A stretch of 36,114 nt of DNA. Source: Raillietiella orientalis. Taxonomy: Eukaryota. Each line of letters opens with the position of its first letter. The first letter of the stretch is position 1. The stretch lies in NCBI GenBank assembly GCA_036172245.1, contig JAYWIR010000188.1, positions 1 through 36,114 of the forward strand, written 5' to 3'. Shown here in pieces: positions 1 to 10,849 of the stretch. The position numbers and the translations under genes are program-made. The notes under the pieces are model-generated. The model was not told the origin of the DNA and did no database searches. It was given only the letters and a program-made list of their open reading frames with translations.

Positions 1-534
1 CAGTCATGTGGACCACCACGGAGCGGTTCATAGATACTGGCAGGATCTTGCGGCCGTCTACGTTCAGCGGCGCATGTATAAGGCGGTGAGCCAAGGTGAC
101 ATCTTTGCAGACCACCTCGACCCGCTGCCCACCGCTGAGGACGGAAAGGCCGTCCAGATCCTTCTCTGTAACATTCGCGTCCTTCAACGCTTTGCTGAAG
201 GCGCGCGCTGTCCGGCCGTCGAACAAGTTGCCTACCTGGTACACAAGCGAAGGCTTGTACCCGGAGGCCTTGTATGCGGCCATCTCCGCCATGGCTTCTG
301 CGCTGGGCGCGGCCACCATGGCGCTCCATGTCCTCGGCGTGGCCGGGGATGATTCCGGGGCGGGTGCCCCTGCTCCAGTAGGCTGTGGGGGCGAACAAGC
401 CTCCCCCACTCCCACCTCCATCGCGGTGTCCTCTGGCGTCGTGGCCATTGGACACCGACGATGTACACAAAACACCACACAGAAGAAAGAGCGCTTTCCT
501 ACTACTCTTTGGGGAGTGAAGGAAGAACACGTCC
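1..534 (-). mobile_element. 5' end and ORF1 N-terminus of a Tx1/L1-like element (family L); runs off the window edge
   Basis: From the ATG at 448 the frame is open to the edge (MATTPEDTAMEVGVGEACSPPQP...GYKPSLVYQVGNLFDG...SVLSGGQRVEVVCK) and is homologous to the ORF1 at 8724-6925. The family 5' motif GGACGTGTTCTTCC begins at 534. Confidence 0.85.
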
Positions 535-1925
535 TCCTACTGGCCTTGGAGGGTTCTGGCTGCAACGAGGCTGCCAGCTCCTCCGCGGCTCGCGCGAAGG
601 CTACGTCATCGATGGTGGTGTCGATGACGGACGCCGCCGCCGGCTCGCTCCTCTCGCTGTTGACTGTGTCAACAGAGGGGAGGTCGTCGGTAGCGGCGAG
701 TTCTTTCCGGCAGCGTTCGGCAACATCGAGAACGCGTTCGACAACGACGCTGCAATCTTTAATTATCGCGCTACCCTGCTCTTTCTTCTTCTGTTGGTAG
801 GCGATTTTCTTTTCCATCCTCCTCTCCTTCTTTGATTTTTTGGCCGTTGCCACTTGCCACCCAGTCTTCTGGCCGGCTTCCTCAACTTTTTTGGCGTTGG
901 TCGCCGGGTTCTCGGGTGCGGCCTGGGTCTTCGGCGCAGGTGGCACAGCCTTCGCGGCAGCTTTCGCCGCCAGCCTTTTCTGCAGAAGCCGGGCGCGTTT
1001 TTTAAGGTTTCTCTTGGAAACCACCCGCACTGCTGCTTTTGGGCACACCTCCCTCGTGTGGCCCATTGTGCCGCATACTTGGTACTGCACATTGGGACAC
1101 CTCTTTTTGAGGTGGCCCGACGTATTGCAGAAGCCACAGTATTTCGGCTTCCACACATACCAGAGGTCGACGGTTTCGCCTTCGACCACCAGTTTGTGGG
1201 GAAGAGTGCAGCCCTTCCGAACGGTCACGCGCGCAGCAGTGAGGCCTTGTTGCAGGCATGTGAAGTCCTTGAAAGGACTAACTTTCGTCCACTGCGCGTG
1301 GACCGTTCCAAACTGTTCCAAAGCGGCGCGAACCTCTTTGCGCATTCGCGCGGTCACGCCTAACAGCTGGAACACCATGCTGCGGTCCGCCGTAGTGAGG
1401 ATGAGCCTGCGCGTCCCCATCACAACAAGAGTTTTAAGCAGTCGTTGGGCCAGCTCTGCATGTTTGCAGATGACCTCAACGTACTGACCCCCGCTGCGGA
1501 TGGTCATAGCGCTAAGCTCTTCTCTTTCACATCGAGAGCGCGCATGCCCTCCGAGAAGGCGCGCGCGCTCTCTAAAGAATATAAATTGCCTACCTTCTAG
1601 AACAGTGAGGGGTTGAACCCCTCCTCCACATAGGTCGACAATTCCGCAGCTGCTGCAGGCGATGGCGCTGACACAACGGCGCTCCACGCCCGCGCTGCAG
1701 CGGGGACCGATTCTGTGGTGGCGGATGCGCCCACCTCCATCGGCTCTGGGGGCGACGTTGCCGCCGCCCCCTGGCTCTCCATCGCCTCTGGGGGCGGCGT
1801 TGCCGCTGCCCCCTGGCCATCCCTGGTGGTCGCGTCAGGCATCGCTGCCTGATCGACCACCGAACCACACGACGCTTGCACTGGGGGAGACTTCCTGGCA
1901 CGAGGAGCACCGAGAAAACACGCTC
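535..1925 (-). pseudogene. Disrupted ORF1 (gag-like, CCHC knuckles) of a family L element, 3'-truncated
   Basis: Fragments include ARAWSAVVSAPS..EEGFNPSLF* and KYCGFCNTSGHLKKRCP (about 1145-1095), with stops and frameshifts. A 5' motif variant GAGCGTGTTTTCTCGG lies at about 1925. Confidence 0.8.
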
Positions 1926-2473
1926 GCCCTAGAGCGCACAAGGCGTTCGACTGTGTAGATCAGGAACACCTCTTGGAACACCTGGGTCGCATGGGCTTCC
2001 CACCCTCCCTGATTTACTACCTGCGCTCTTGCTGGCGGAATGTGATGTTTACCGTCTCTTTCAGCGGACAGGTGTATGGCGTGCCATGGCTGCGGGGCAT
2101 TAGGTAGGGAGATAGCCTCAGCTTCCTGGTCTTCAGAACCTACTATTAGTTGGTGCTGAGAGCATACAGGGTGACTCTGGCCCCCTTGCCGAGCTCGGCT
2201 CGCCCTAGAGCGCACAAGGCGTTCGACTGTGTAGATCAGGAACACCTCTTGGAACACCTGGGTCGCATGGGCTTCCCACCCTCCCTGATTTACTACCTGC
2301 GCTCTTGCTGGCGGAATGTGATGTTTACCGTCTCTTTCAGCGGACAGGTGTATGGCGTGCCATGGCTGCGGGGCATTAGGTAGGGAGATAGCCTCAGCTT
2401 CCTGGTCTTCAGAACCTACTATTAGTTGGTGCTGAGAGCATACAGGGTGACTCTGGCCCCCTTGCCGAGCTCG
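1922..2473. repeat. 276-bp tandem duplication (1922-2197 / 2198-2473)
   Basis: The two copies read identically, with GCTCG at both ends of the unit. The same stop codons occur in both copies. Confidence 0.95.
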
Positions 2474-4300
2474 TGCCCCGTCACGGCCGCCGTAGCAGCG
2501 TACGCCGACGATCTTCTGTTCTTGTTGCCAATGTCCACCCCGGCAAAGGCGGTCGGAGACTTCTTCGATCTGCTCAGCCGCGGAACCGGACTGCCGGTTT
2601 ACAGGGCGAAGTCATCTGTGGTGCCAATAAGTGCGGCCTCGGCAGGGCAGCTGGACTGGGTCCGTCTGGGGATCCCTACGGCGAGGTGCTTCAAGCACCT
2701 TCGTGTGCCGTTGGGCAACTACTCCCTTACGAAAGCGTGGTCCTGCTGCCTTCAAAAAGTAGAGACGGCGATCGGCCCGTTCCGAGGCGGCAGGTTTTTC
2801 CTGCCTGAACGGGCCGCGGTTTGGAACACGTTCGCGGCTTCTCTCCTCCGTCCCCTCCTTTTTGTTTGCCCTTCCACAGAGAGGATCAAAAAGGGGACAA
2901 AGGACCTCCTCCGAATCGCCCTTTGGTGCAGAGGGAGGCTGCGAGTCCGTCTCGCGGACTTGTGCGCTCCGCGTCGGGACGGCGGTCTTGGCCTCCTAAC
3001 GCTGGAGCGGCTGGAGCTTCAGCTCCAGTTCCGGAGTGTTGCCTTCCTGGCAAAAAATTGGTGCACCGCCTGGTGCCTCCCTGCACGTCTCCTCGTCGAG
3101 CGGGCCACCGGCAATGCGGAACTGTCGTCCTACTTTGCACTCCGAAGCCCCATCTGCCACTGCGGACTTCTGCTTCGAAGGGCGGCCAAGCTCGTGAAGA
3201 CCAACTCGGAGGGGATCCTCGTACGCTTCGCGAACGGTCGTACCTGGCTGCAGGAATCCGTCCGCACGTGGGCAGTGACTCAGGAGCAGAACCCGCAACA
3301 CGAGCGAATAGCTCTGTTCGGGCCGCACGCCCACCGCACGCTCTGAGAAATCATCGAGGATCCCCGAAGGAGAGCGTGGGCACAGAGAATCTCCCTTGCT
3401 GCGGTACTGCCTACCCTAAGGGAACATCTGGGCAGCGACGTCGCAGCACAATAGGAGGTTACTTTCAAGATCGCCGAAAGGGTACAGAAGATCGCGGATT
3501 GGAGAACGGGTCAGCTGACCAACGCTGCGACCTCGAGGACCACCCTACACGGACTCTTGCGCTGAGGCGAGCTACTCGATGTTCCGGAGGAACATCTGGA
3601 GTGGCCCCCGGTGCTCATGGACTCGCGCACCCTCCCCATGAAGTGGCAACATTCAGCACTCCTGGTGTTGCCTTTGAGCCTCCTTGCAACGCCCGCCTTC
3701 ACCACTGGACGCCGAGGGGTGTCAATCCCAATTGTGTCAGGTGCGGGGAGAGGGAATACCTCTCCCACCTGTTAGTGGAATGTGTTGCCCTCCGTACCTT
3801 CTGGGAACGCTTTGCCGCGGCCCTGGGGATTCCCGGAGGCCACCCCAGAGACGCTCTTCGTCCGTGACGCTTTGCCTCCGGCGGCCTCGCTTGCAGCCCT
3901 GTACTGCCTACGCGGGATCGTCGTGGCCTGGAGCAAAGCGATCGGAGGGTCCAGCGACAGGGACGCCACCGTGTACGCCGCCCGTTTCCTGAGGATGGCG
4001 ACTCGATAGCCCCATCTGAAATCCACAATTCAGCGCCAGCTCGCCGGCATCCTCCAGAGGATGACGGACCCTCCCAGCATTCAGTGATCCCTTCCCGCTC
4101 CCTCTCCGGTTTTGCTTATTTCATTGATTTCTTTCTCTTTGATTCCCCCTCTTCTCTGCTGCCGAGGTCGACCGCGCGGGTGTGTGCACCGGTAGCCCGG
4201 CAGGCTGAATGTTTCCAGGGCGTGGCTGGACTACTGGTCCAGTCACAGATTGTATAGGTTTATTTGAAAAAATAAACGTCCCGGCGTACCGGGTTTTAAG
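1922..4300 (+). mobile_element. 3' portion of a non-LTR ORF2 (RT core to CCHC finger) plus 3' UTR, inactivated
   Basis: Motifs KAFDCVD, GIR*GDSLS, AYADDLL and C-terminal CVRCGEREYLSHLLVEC, with in-frame stops. Ends with AATAAA (4271) and hairpin CCCGG-CGTA-CCGGG. Confidence 0.9.
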
Positions 4301-6960
4301 AAAAACTCTGGAGCTTGACGCCTCTTAGGAATTCGCGAAGGTGTTCCTTCGCACCTGAGAGTAGCGTACAGTACTCAGGCAGACGCCACTCCCTGGATGG
4401 CGGTCCATTGTCGCGAGGCCGCATCTCGAAAATTAGCCGGGAATGGTCCGACAGCGTCGACGCAATCTTTCCTCGTTTGCCGACCCGTGAACACAGTTCA
4501 GCGTCGAGCAAGACGTGGTCGATGCTGCGGACCATTCCCCTCTCACCCGCGAACAAGTTGCGCGCACGCATGGCGGCGCACAACTCGTTCATCGCGTTCA
4601 CTTGTGTTTCAGGCTCACCTGTTAGCAGGTGAGATTGAAATTTTCCGCTATCAGGTGAGCCTTCCGCACGTTCGTGTTCGCCAGCCAGTCGCGCTTCAGT
4701 GATTCAAGCAATATGGTACGATTGCTGTATCCCTTTTAACCGGTTGGGGCGTACGCATTCGAGACGATCAGATCGATCGAGTCGGACCAGCCGAGAATCA
4801 GCTGACCGACCCTACCGTCGTCATCGAAGCGCACGCCCTTCACGGCAGCCTCGATCGCCGGCTTCACGAAGAACGCAACCCCGCAGGAGTTGCGGATGCC
4901 GCATTGCCAATACAGTCGACCCCCCGCGATCGTCTCGATCTTCTAGATGTCCGCCACGGAGATCACGTGGATCTCCTGCATCAGGGCCAGGTCGAGCTCA
5001 CGCAGGGTGTCGGCTGTATCTCGCCTGTTATCGTCGTCGCTCAGCCCGTTGACATTCCAACAGGCCGCACGAATCCGACGCCGACTGGCGAGCCCAGGTG
5101 TTAATCCTGGGAAGATTGCGATGCGGCGTCCGCCACCTGCTGAGGCGGGACGCTAGGTGGAGGAGGAGGGTTAGGTGCTGAAGGCACCTGGTCCCCCTCC
5201 TTCATGGGTAACGGCGCGCCGAGCGGGTCATCCGCAGGTGGGGTCTCGCCTACTTGTTGGTCCTCCTCCATGGGGGCGGGCTGTTCAGGCTCGGCGACTG
5301 CAGGGAGGACTTCGCCCCCCTCCTCACCCTCCTCCATAGGGGTGGCCGGCTCGACGGCTTCCGAGCGTGGGAGTTCCCCCTCCGGGATTCCCACGCTACC
5401 GCTACCTTCCTGCTTCTCCTCCTCGCTGGTGGAGGGGAGGCGCCTCCTGGGCTTCTGGGACTTGCGTCCCGATTTCCTGGGGGGTGCCTCTGAGGAGGAG
5501 GATGTGCTTTCGGCTCCCAGGTCGCACTCACCTGCGGGGGCCTTCTTCGCCGGAGCCGGCCTTCGCACGGCCTTGCGCGAGGGGTTCTCACACTCGGCCA
5601 GCGTGGCCGCGAGCTCCTCCGCCGCCTGCGCTAACGCAGCGTCCTCGGCTTCGACCGGCGCGTCGCGCGGCTCACCCTCTGTGTAAACAGAGGGTTCTCC
5701 GGCGCGAACCTCGGGCGCGGCGGAAACGGCGAGGGGAGGCTCGTCGCCCCGGGTAGCAGCCTCGGGAACGCTGACGCGCTCCAGTGCTACCGTGCACTCG
5801 CGGATGGTTTTTGAGAGCGGTCCGGGTTTTTTCGCCTTTCCGGCCGTCTTTTTTTCCTCCTTTCTCTCCTTTCACTCTTGAGGCCCTTTTTTGGGCTCTT
5901 TCCTGGCCTTAACCAGCTTCCATCCCTCTTCCATTCCTGCGTCCTCTGGAGTTTTTTCCTCCGACGCATGTTTGGTAGCAAGAGGAGATGGCGGCTGGGG
6001 CCGGCCAGTTTCACGTTGCGGTCTTTCGACCTTCTTGGCTTTCTTTGCCTGCGCTTTTTTGGCAGCGGGCGGCACCGGGGTGGGGCGTTTAGGGCACACA
6101 CGACGAACGTTCCCCTTAACCCCGCACAAGTGGCACGCAATATTCGGGCACCGCTTGCGCAAGTGTCCTACTGCATTGCAGTAGCCACAGTAATGGAGTT
6201 TGCCCACGAACTAGAGGTCGACGGGTTCATTCGCGACCTCTAATTTGTGGGGTAAGCCACCACCCTTTTTAACGGTGACACGCACTGCAGCCTGGCCACC
6301 GAAAAGACCATTATAGCCTTCGAAAATCGTTGGCTTCGGCCGCAACGCGTGCACTTCTGCATGCTTTTCTAACTCTTTACCAACCGCTGAGCGCGTCATG
6401 CGGCTGGTAATTCCCGTGTGATGGACCACTATAGAGCGGTCCATCGTAACCGGCAAGATCTTGCGACCATCCACGATCAGCGGGTCGGTGATCAGGCGTT
6501 GGGCCAAGGTGATATCCTTACATACCACCTCGACCCGCTGACCGCCGCTGAGGACGGAGAGGCTGTCAAGATCTTGATCCAATATGTCTGCAGACTGCAG
6601 TGCCTTCGTGAAGTCTTGTGATGTCACGTGCAGTCTTGCCATCGAACAGATTGCCTACCTGATAGACAAGCGATGGCTTGTATCCGGCGGCCCTGTGAGC
6701 GGCTTGTTCAGCCAGAGTTGCCGCGCTAGGCGCGGCAACCATGGCGATCCAGCTCCTCGCCTTGGTCGGCGAGGGTGATTCCAGGGCGGACGCCCCTGAC
6801 TCTGTAGGCTGTGGGGGTGGACAAGCATCCCCCACACCTACCTCCATCGTGGTGTCCTCAGCCAAGGTTGCCATCGGACACCAACGATGTGCACTATACA
6901 CCACACACAATAGAAACCCGCTTTTTACGACTCACTCGGGAGCGAAGGAAAAACACGTCC
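4297..6960 (-). mobile_element. Family L element: 5' UTR, broken ORF1 and APE endonuclease part of ORF2; truncated before the RT
   Basis: 5' motif GGACGTGTTTTTCC at 6960. ORF1 pieces at 6910-6566, 6642-6211, 6207-5872 (CGYCNAVGHLRKRC, CHLCGVKG) and 5568-5101. APE motifs WNVNGL...QEIH (about 5065-4965), NAYAP, ENFN and IDHV...SDH (4601-4296). Confidence 0.88.
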
Positions 6961-8724
6961 GCCCGGCGGCGGAAGGGGGAGGCAATGTCCTACCTCATCC
7001 CCCTCCTCCATGGGGGTCGCCAGCTGCTCGGTAGCGGAGGGTGGGAAAATCCCTCCCTCCGTTCCCACGCTGCCGGATTCCCCCTCGGCTGCCGGTGCGT
7101 CCCCCTCCTTCTTCGTCGGGATGCGCCTCTTCGGATTCTTGGACTTCCGTCCAGTCTTCTTCGGAGGCGCCTCCGCGGAGAAGGACGCACTTCCGGTATC
7201 CGGATCGCGATCACCTGAAAGAGGTGCCTTGCTCGCAGCCGGCCTTCGCAAGGGCTTTCGCGCGCCGTTCTCACGGTCCGCGAGCTCGGCCGCGAGCTCT
7301 TCCGCCGCCTGTTGGAAGGCGGCGTCCTCGATTGCGGCGAGCGCGTCGCTTGGCTCCCCCTCTGTTTGCACAGAGGGTTCGCCTTCCGCGATCGCGGCTT
7401 CAGCGTCAACGAGGCGGGGGATATCTCCCCCGGTGGAGGTCTCGGGGATCTCCACTCGCTCCAAAGCGACCGAACATTCGCGGAGTAAAGCGCGGCGTTG
7501 TCTCCTATTTAATTGAGATGTCGCGGGTTCCGCTGTCGGTTCTTTGGTTTTCCTGGGTTTTTTACTTTTGGGCTTCGCCGTCCGCCAGCCCTCGTTCTCA
7601 TCAGCGTCGTCGGAAGTTTTCTCGACCGGCGTTTCCTGGGAGGGTTCGGGCACATGCTTTTGGCTTTGCTGCTCTGTTGGCTCATTGGACTTTCGTGCTT
7701 TCTCCAAGCGTTTCCCCTTACCTTTTTTCAAGGCAGAAGGCGCTGGAGGTTCCCGCTTTGGGCACACTTTCCGGAGGTGGCCCTTCTCCCCGCAGTGGAA
7801 ACACTGGATGTGAGGGCACCGTTTTTTCAGGTGCCCTGTTGCATCACAGTGCCAACAGTACTTGGGCTTGCCCACGTAGCAGACGTCGACGACCTCGTTG
7901 CCGACGTCGAGTTTGTGGGGCAGCCCACCGTTTTCGTGGACCGTCACACGCGCTGCAGCCATGCCACTGAACAGTCTTCCGTATGTTTGGAAGAAGTTGG
8001 GCTTGGTCCAGAGCGCGTGCACCGTACCATGTTTTTGCAACTCTTCCTGCACGCCAGCTTTGGTTATGCGAAGAGTTACACCGGTTAGGTGTGCAACAAT
8101 GGAGCGGTCCTCCGTTACGGGGAAGACCTTTCGGCCTTCCAGAGTGATGGGAGTGTTCAGTAGGCGCTGAGCCAGACTTGCATTTTTGCAAGTCAGCTCC
8201 ACCCGCTGAACACCACTTATCACGGAGAGACCTTCCAGGTCTTCCTCTTTCACATCCAACCGCTGTAACTCTCTTTCAAAGTTACGAGCGGTGTTTCCCA
8301 CAAACAGATTTCCTACCTTATAAATCAAGGATGGTTTATACCCTTGATCCCGGTAGGCACACTGTTCGGCAATGGCTTCAGGGGATGGTGCTGCAGCTAC
8401 GGCGCTCCAGATCTTCGTCGTTGCCGAGGAAGGATCCAAGGATGCGGTTGCCCCCTTTTTCAAGGGGGCGGTTGCTCTTTTTTCCGGGGTGACGTTTTTC
8501 CCCTTTTTCAAGGGAACGGTTGCACCCTTTTGCACGGGGGCAGTTGCTCCCTTTTTCAAGGAAGCGGTAGCCCTCGTTTCCGACGGGACGGTTGCCCTCT
8601 TTTTCAAGGAGGCGGTTGCCCTCGTCTCCGTGAGGGCGGTTGCCCTCACCTCAATGGGTTGGGGAGAGGAACAAGCCTCGCCCCCTCCGATCTCCATCGC
8701 GGTGTCCTCAGGCATTTCTGCCAT
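6925..8724 (-). CDS. Non-LTR ORF1 protein (two CCHC zinc knuckles, Lys/Glu-rich tail); C-terminus cut at a junction near 6961
   Basis: Long open frame (ATG at 8724, MAEMPEDTAMEIGG) containing CWHCDATGHLKKRC and CFHCGEKGHLRKVC. The element's 5' motif GGACGTGTTTTTTCC begins at 8810. Confidence 0.88.
   Translation of the reverse strand: MAEMPEDTAMEIGGGEACSSPQPIEVRATALTETRATASLKKRATVPSETRATASLKKGATAPVQKGATVPLKKGKNVTPEKRATAPLKKGATASLDPSSATTKIWSAVAAAPSPEAIAEQCAYRDQGYKPSLIYKVGNLFVGNTARNFERELQRLDVKEEDLEGLSVISGVQRVELTCKNASLAQRLLNTPITLEGRKVFPVTEDRSIVAHLTGVTLRITKAGVQEELQKHGTVHALWTKPNFFQTYGRLFSGMAAARVTVHENGGLPHKLDVGNEVVDVCYVGKPKYCWHCDATGHLKKRCPHIQCFHCGEKGHLRKVCPKREPPAPSALKKGKGKRLEKARKSNEPTEQQSQKHVPEPSQETPVEKTSDDADENEGWRTAKPKSKKPRKTKEPTAEPATSQLNRRQRRALLRECSVALERVEIPETSTGGDIPRLVDAEAAIAEGEPSVQTEGEPSDALAAIEDAAFQQAAEELAAELADRENGARKPLRRPAASKAPLSGDRDPDTGSASFSAEAPPKKTGRKSKNPKRRIPTKKEGDAPAAEGESGSVGTEGGIFPPSATEQLATPMEEGDEVGHCLPLPPPGGRVFPSLPSES
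8440..8645 (-). repeat. In-frame coding minisatellite in ORF1 (KK[G/R]AT[A/V]P[L/S]-type units)
   Basis: Recurrent TTTTCAAGG.GGCGGTTGC units encode ETRATASLKK twice and several KKGATAP variants. The repeat is absent from the paralogous ORF1 copies. Confidence 0.85.
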
Positions 8725-8810
8725 TGTACACCGCAGAGGCACCACACACAAACACTAACGAAAAGGAACGCTTCACAACAGGCGCAGAGGAGCGCGGAAA
8801 AAACACGTCC

Positions 8811-10725
8811 GCGCGCCAAGTTGCTAGCGAAGGTTAGGGCAGAGTGGTTGGGACGGGTTGCCAACATCTTCATCAGCCCGGAACAGACATATGCTGTTCC
8901 CAGGCGAAGCATGGAGGCGATCCTGTTCCACGCTTCCACATGGTTAGAGCTCCAACAAGGAAGGGGCTTAATAAGCATCCGGAATTCCGGTGCGTCCGTT
9001 GGTGGGAGACGGGGACGGTCGGGTGGGGAAGGGAGCCCTTGCGGTCGCAGTCGACTTTCGTAAAGCATTCTACAGCTTTGACCAGAATCTCCTGCTGGAA
9101 CTTCTGGAACGCTTGGGCTTCCCGGCCTCATTAGTGGCCTATCTGCGCTCCAGCTGGCGCGACGCGCTCATCAACGTTACTTTCAGCGGGCAGACCGTGC
9201 ACGGCGTGCCGGTGCTGCGTGGGATCCGGCAGGGAGACAGTCTGAGCTCGTTGCTCTTCAGTACCTACTTTGAGTTGGTACTAAGAGCGTACAGGGAAAC
9301 TCTGGCTCACCTGCCGAACGACTGTGCCGGTACGCCTGCCGTTTCAGCGTACGCCGACGACCTTCTGCTGCTACTCCCTATGTCCACCCCGGCTTCGGCG
9401 GTCGAGGAGTTCTTCGACCTGCTGCATCGGGGAACCGGGCTTACGGTGAACAGGGCGAAGTCGTCCGTAATGCCAGTCGGAGCGGCGTGGGTAGGGCAGC
9501 AGGACTGGGTCCGTTTGGGGATCCCCACGGTGAGGTACTTCAAGTACCTTGGTGTGTCGTTTGGGGATTATTCCCCTGCGGAAGCGTGGTCCGGCTGCAT
9601 TCATGAGGTTCAGGCGGCGATCGGCCCGTTCCAGGACGGCAGGTTCTTCCTGCAAGAACGGGCTGCGGCGTGGAAAGCGTTTGCGGCCCCCTTTCCTTCG
9701 CCCCTTACTTTTTGCTTGCCTCCCCTCAGCGGAGATGAAAAAGAGGACGAAGGACCTCCTGAGGATAGCCCTTTGGTGCAGAGGGAGGCCCCGAGTCCGT
9801 CTCGCGGACTTGTGCGATCCGCGTCGGGACGACGGTCTTGGCCTCCTGACGCTGGAGCGGCTGGAGCTTCAGCTCCAGTTCCGGTCTGTTGCCTTCATGG
9901 CGAAGAATTGGTGCACCGCCTGGTGCCTCCCTGCACGTCTCCTCGTCGAGCGGGCCACCGGCAATGCGGGACTCTCGTCCTACTTTGAACTCCGAAGCCC
10001 CATCTGCCACTGCAGACTTCAGCTTCGGAGGGTGTCCAAGCTCGTGAAGACCAACTCGGCGCGGATCCTCGTACGCCCCGCGAACGGTCCTGTCTGGCTA
10101 CAGGAAATCGTCCGCACGTGGGCGATGACTCAGGAGCAGAGCCCGCAACACGAGCGAATAGCTCTGTTCGGGCCGCACGCCCACCGCACGCTCCGAGAAA
10201 TCGTCGAGGATCCCCGAAGGAGAGCGTGGGCACAAAGAATCTCCCTTGCTGCGGTACTTATGCCTACCCTAAGGGAACATCTGGGCAGTGACGTCGCGGC
10301 ACAATGGGAGGTTACCGTCGAGATCGCCGACAGGGTACAGAAGATCGGGGATTGGAGAACGGGTCAGCTGACCAACGCTGCGACCTCGAGGACCACCCCA
10401 CACGGACTCTTGCTCTGGGGCGAGCTACTGGATGTTCCGGAGGAACATCTCGAGTGGCCCCCGGTGCTCCTGGACTCGCGCACCCTCCCCATGAAGTAAC
10501 AACAGTCGGCACTGCTGTTCCCGCTCCCTCCCCAGTTTTGTTTATTTTTCGTTTTTTTTTTTGTTTCATTCCCCCTCCCCTCTGCTGCCGAGGTCAACCA
10601 CGCCGGTCTGCGCACCGGTAGCCCGGCAAGCTGATACTTTCTAGGGCGTGGCTGGACTACTGGTCCAGTCACAGTGTAGATAAGTTTATTTGCAAAAATA
10701 AACGTCCCGGCGCAACCGGGATTAA
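8811..10725 (+). mobile_element. 3' portion of non-LTR ORF2 (RT) plus 3' UTR; sister copy of 1922-4300 with an internal deletion
   Basis: Motifs AKLLAKV...ISPEQTYAVP, VDFRKAF, GIRQGDSLS, AYADDLL and KYLG, with frameshifts. It lacks the region equivalent to about 3665-4090 (CCHC finger). Ends with AATAAA (10697) and TCCCGG-CGCAA-CCGGGA. Confidence 0.9.
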
Positions 10726-10732
10726 ATGAAAC

Positions 10733-10835
10733 CCTACGTGAGTACACGGCGGCACTGGAGCGCGTCGCCGTTCCTGAGGCTGTCACCCGTTGTGAAGAGC
10801 CTCCCGTCGCCGTTTTCGCCGCGCCTGAGGACTCC
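10733..10835 (+). pseudogene. Short internal ORF1 fragment (family L)
   Basis: Translates LREYTAALERVAVPEAVTRCEEPP, matching LRECSVALERVEIPE in the 8724-6925 ORF1. Confidence 0.65.
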
Positions 10836-10849
10836 GGTTTGTATTTAGG

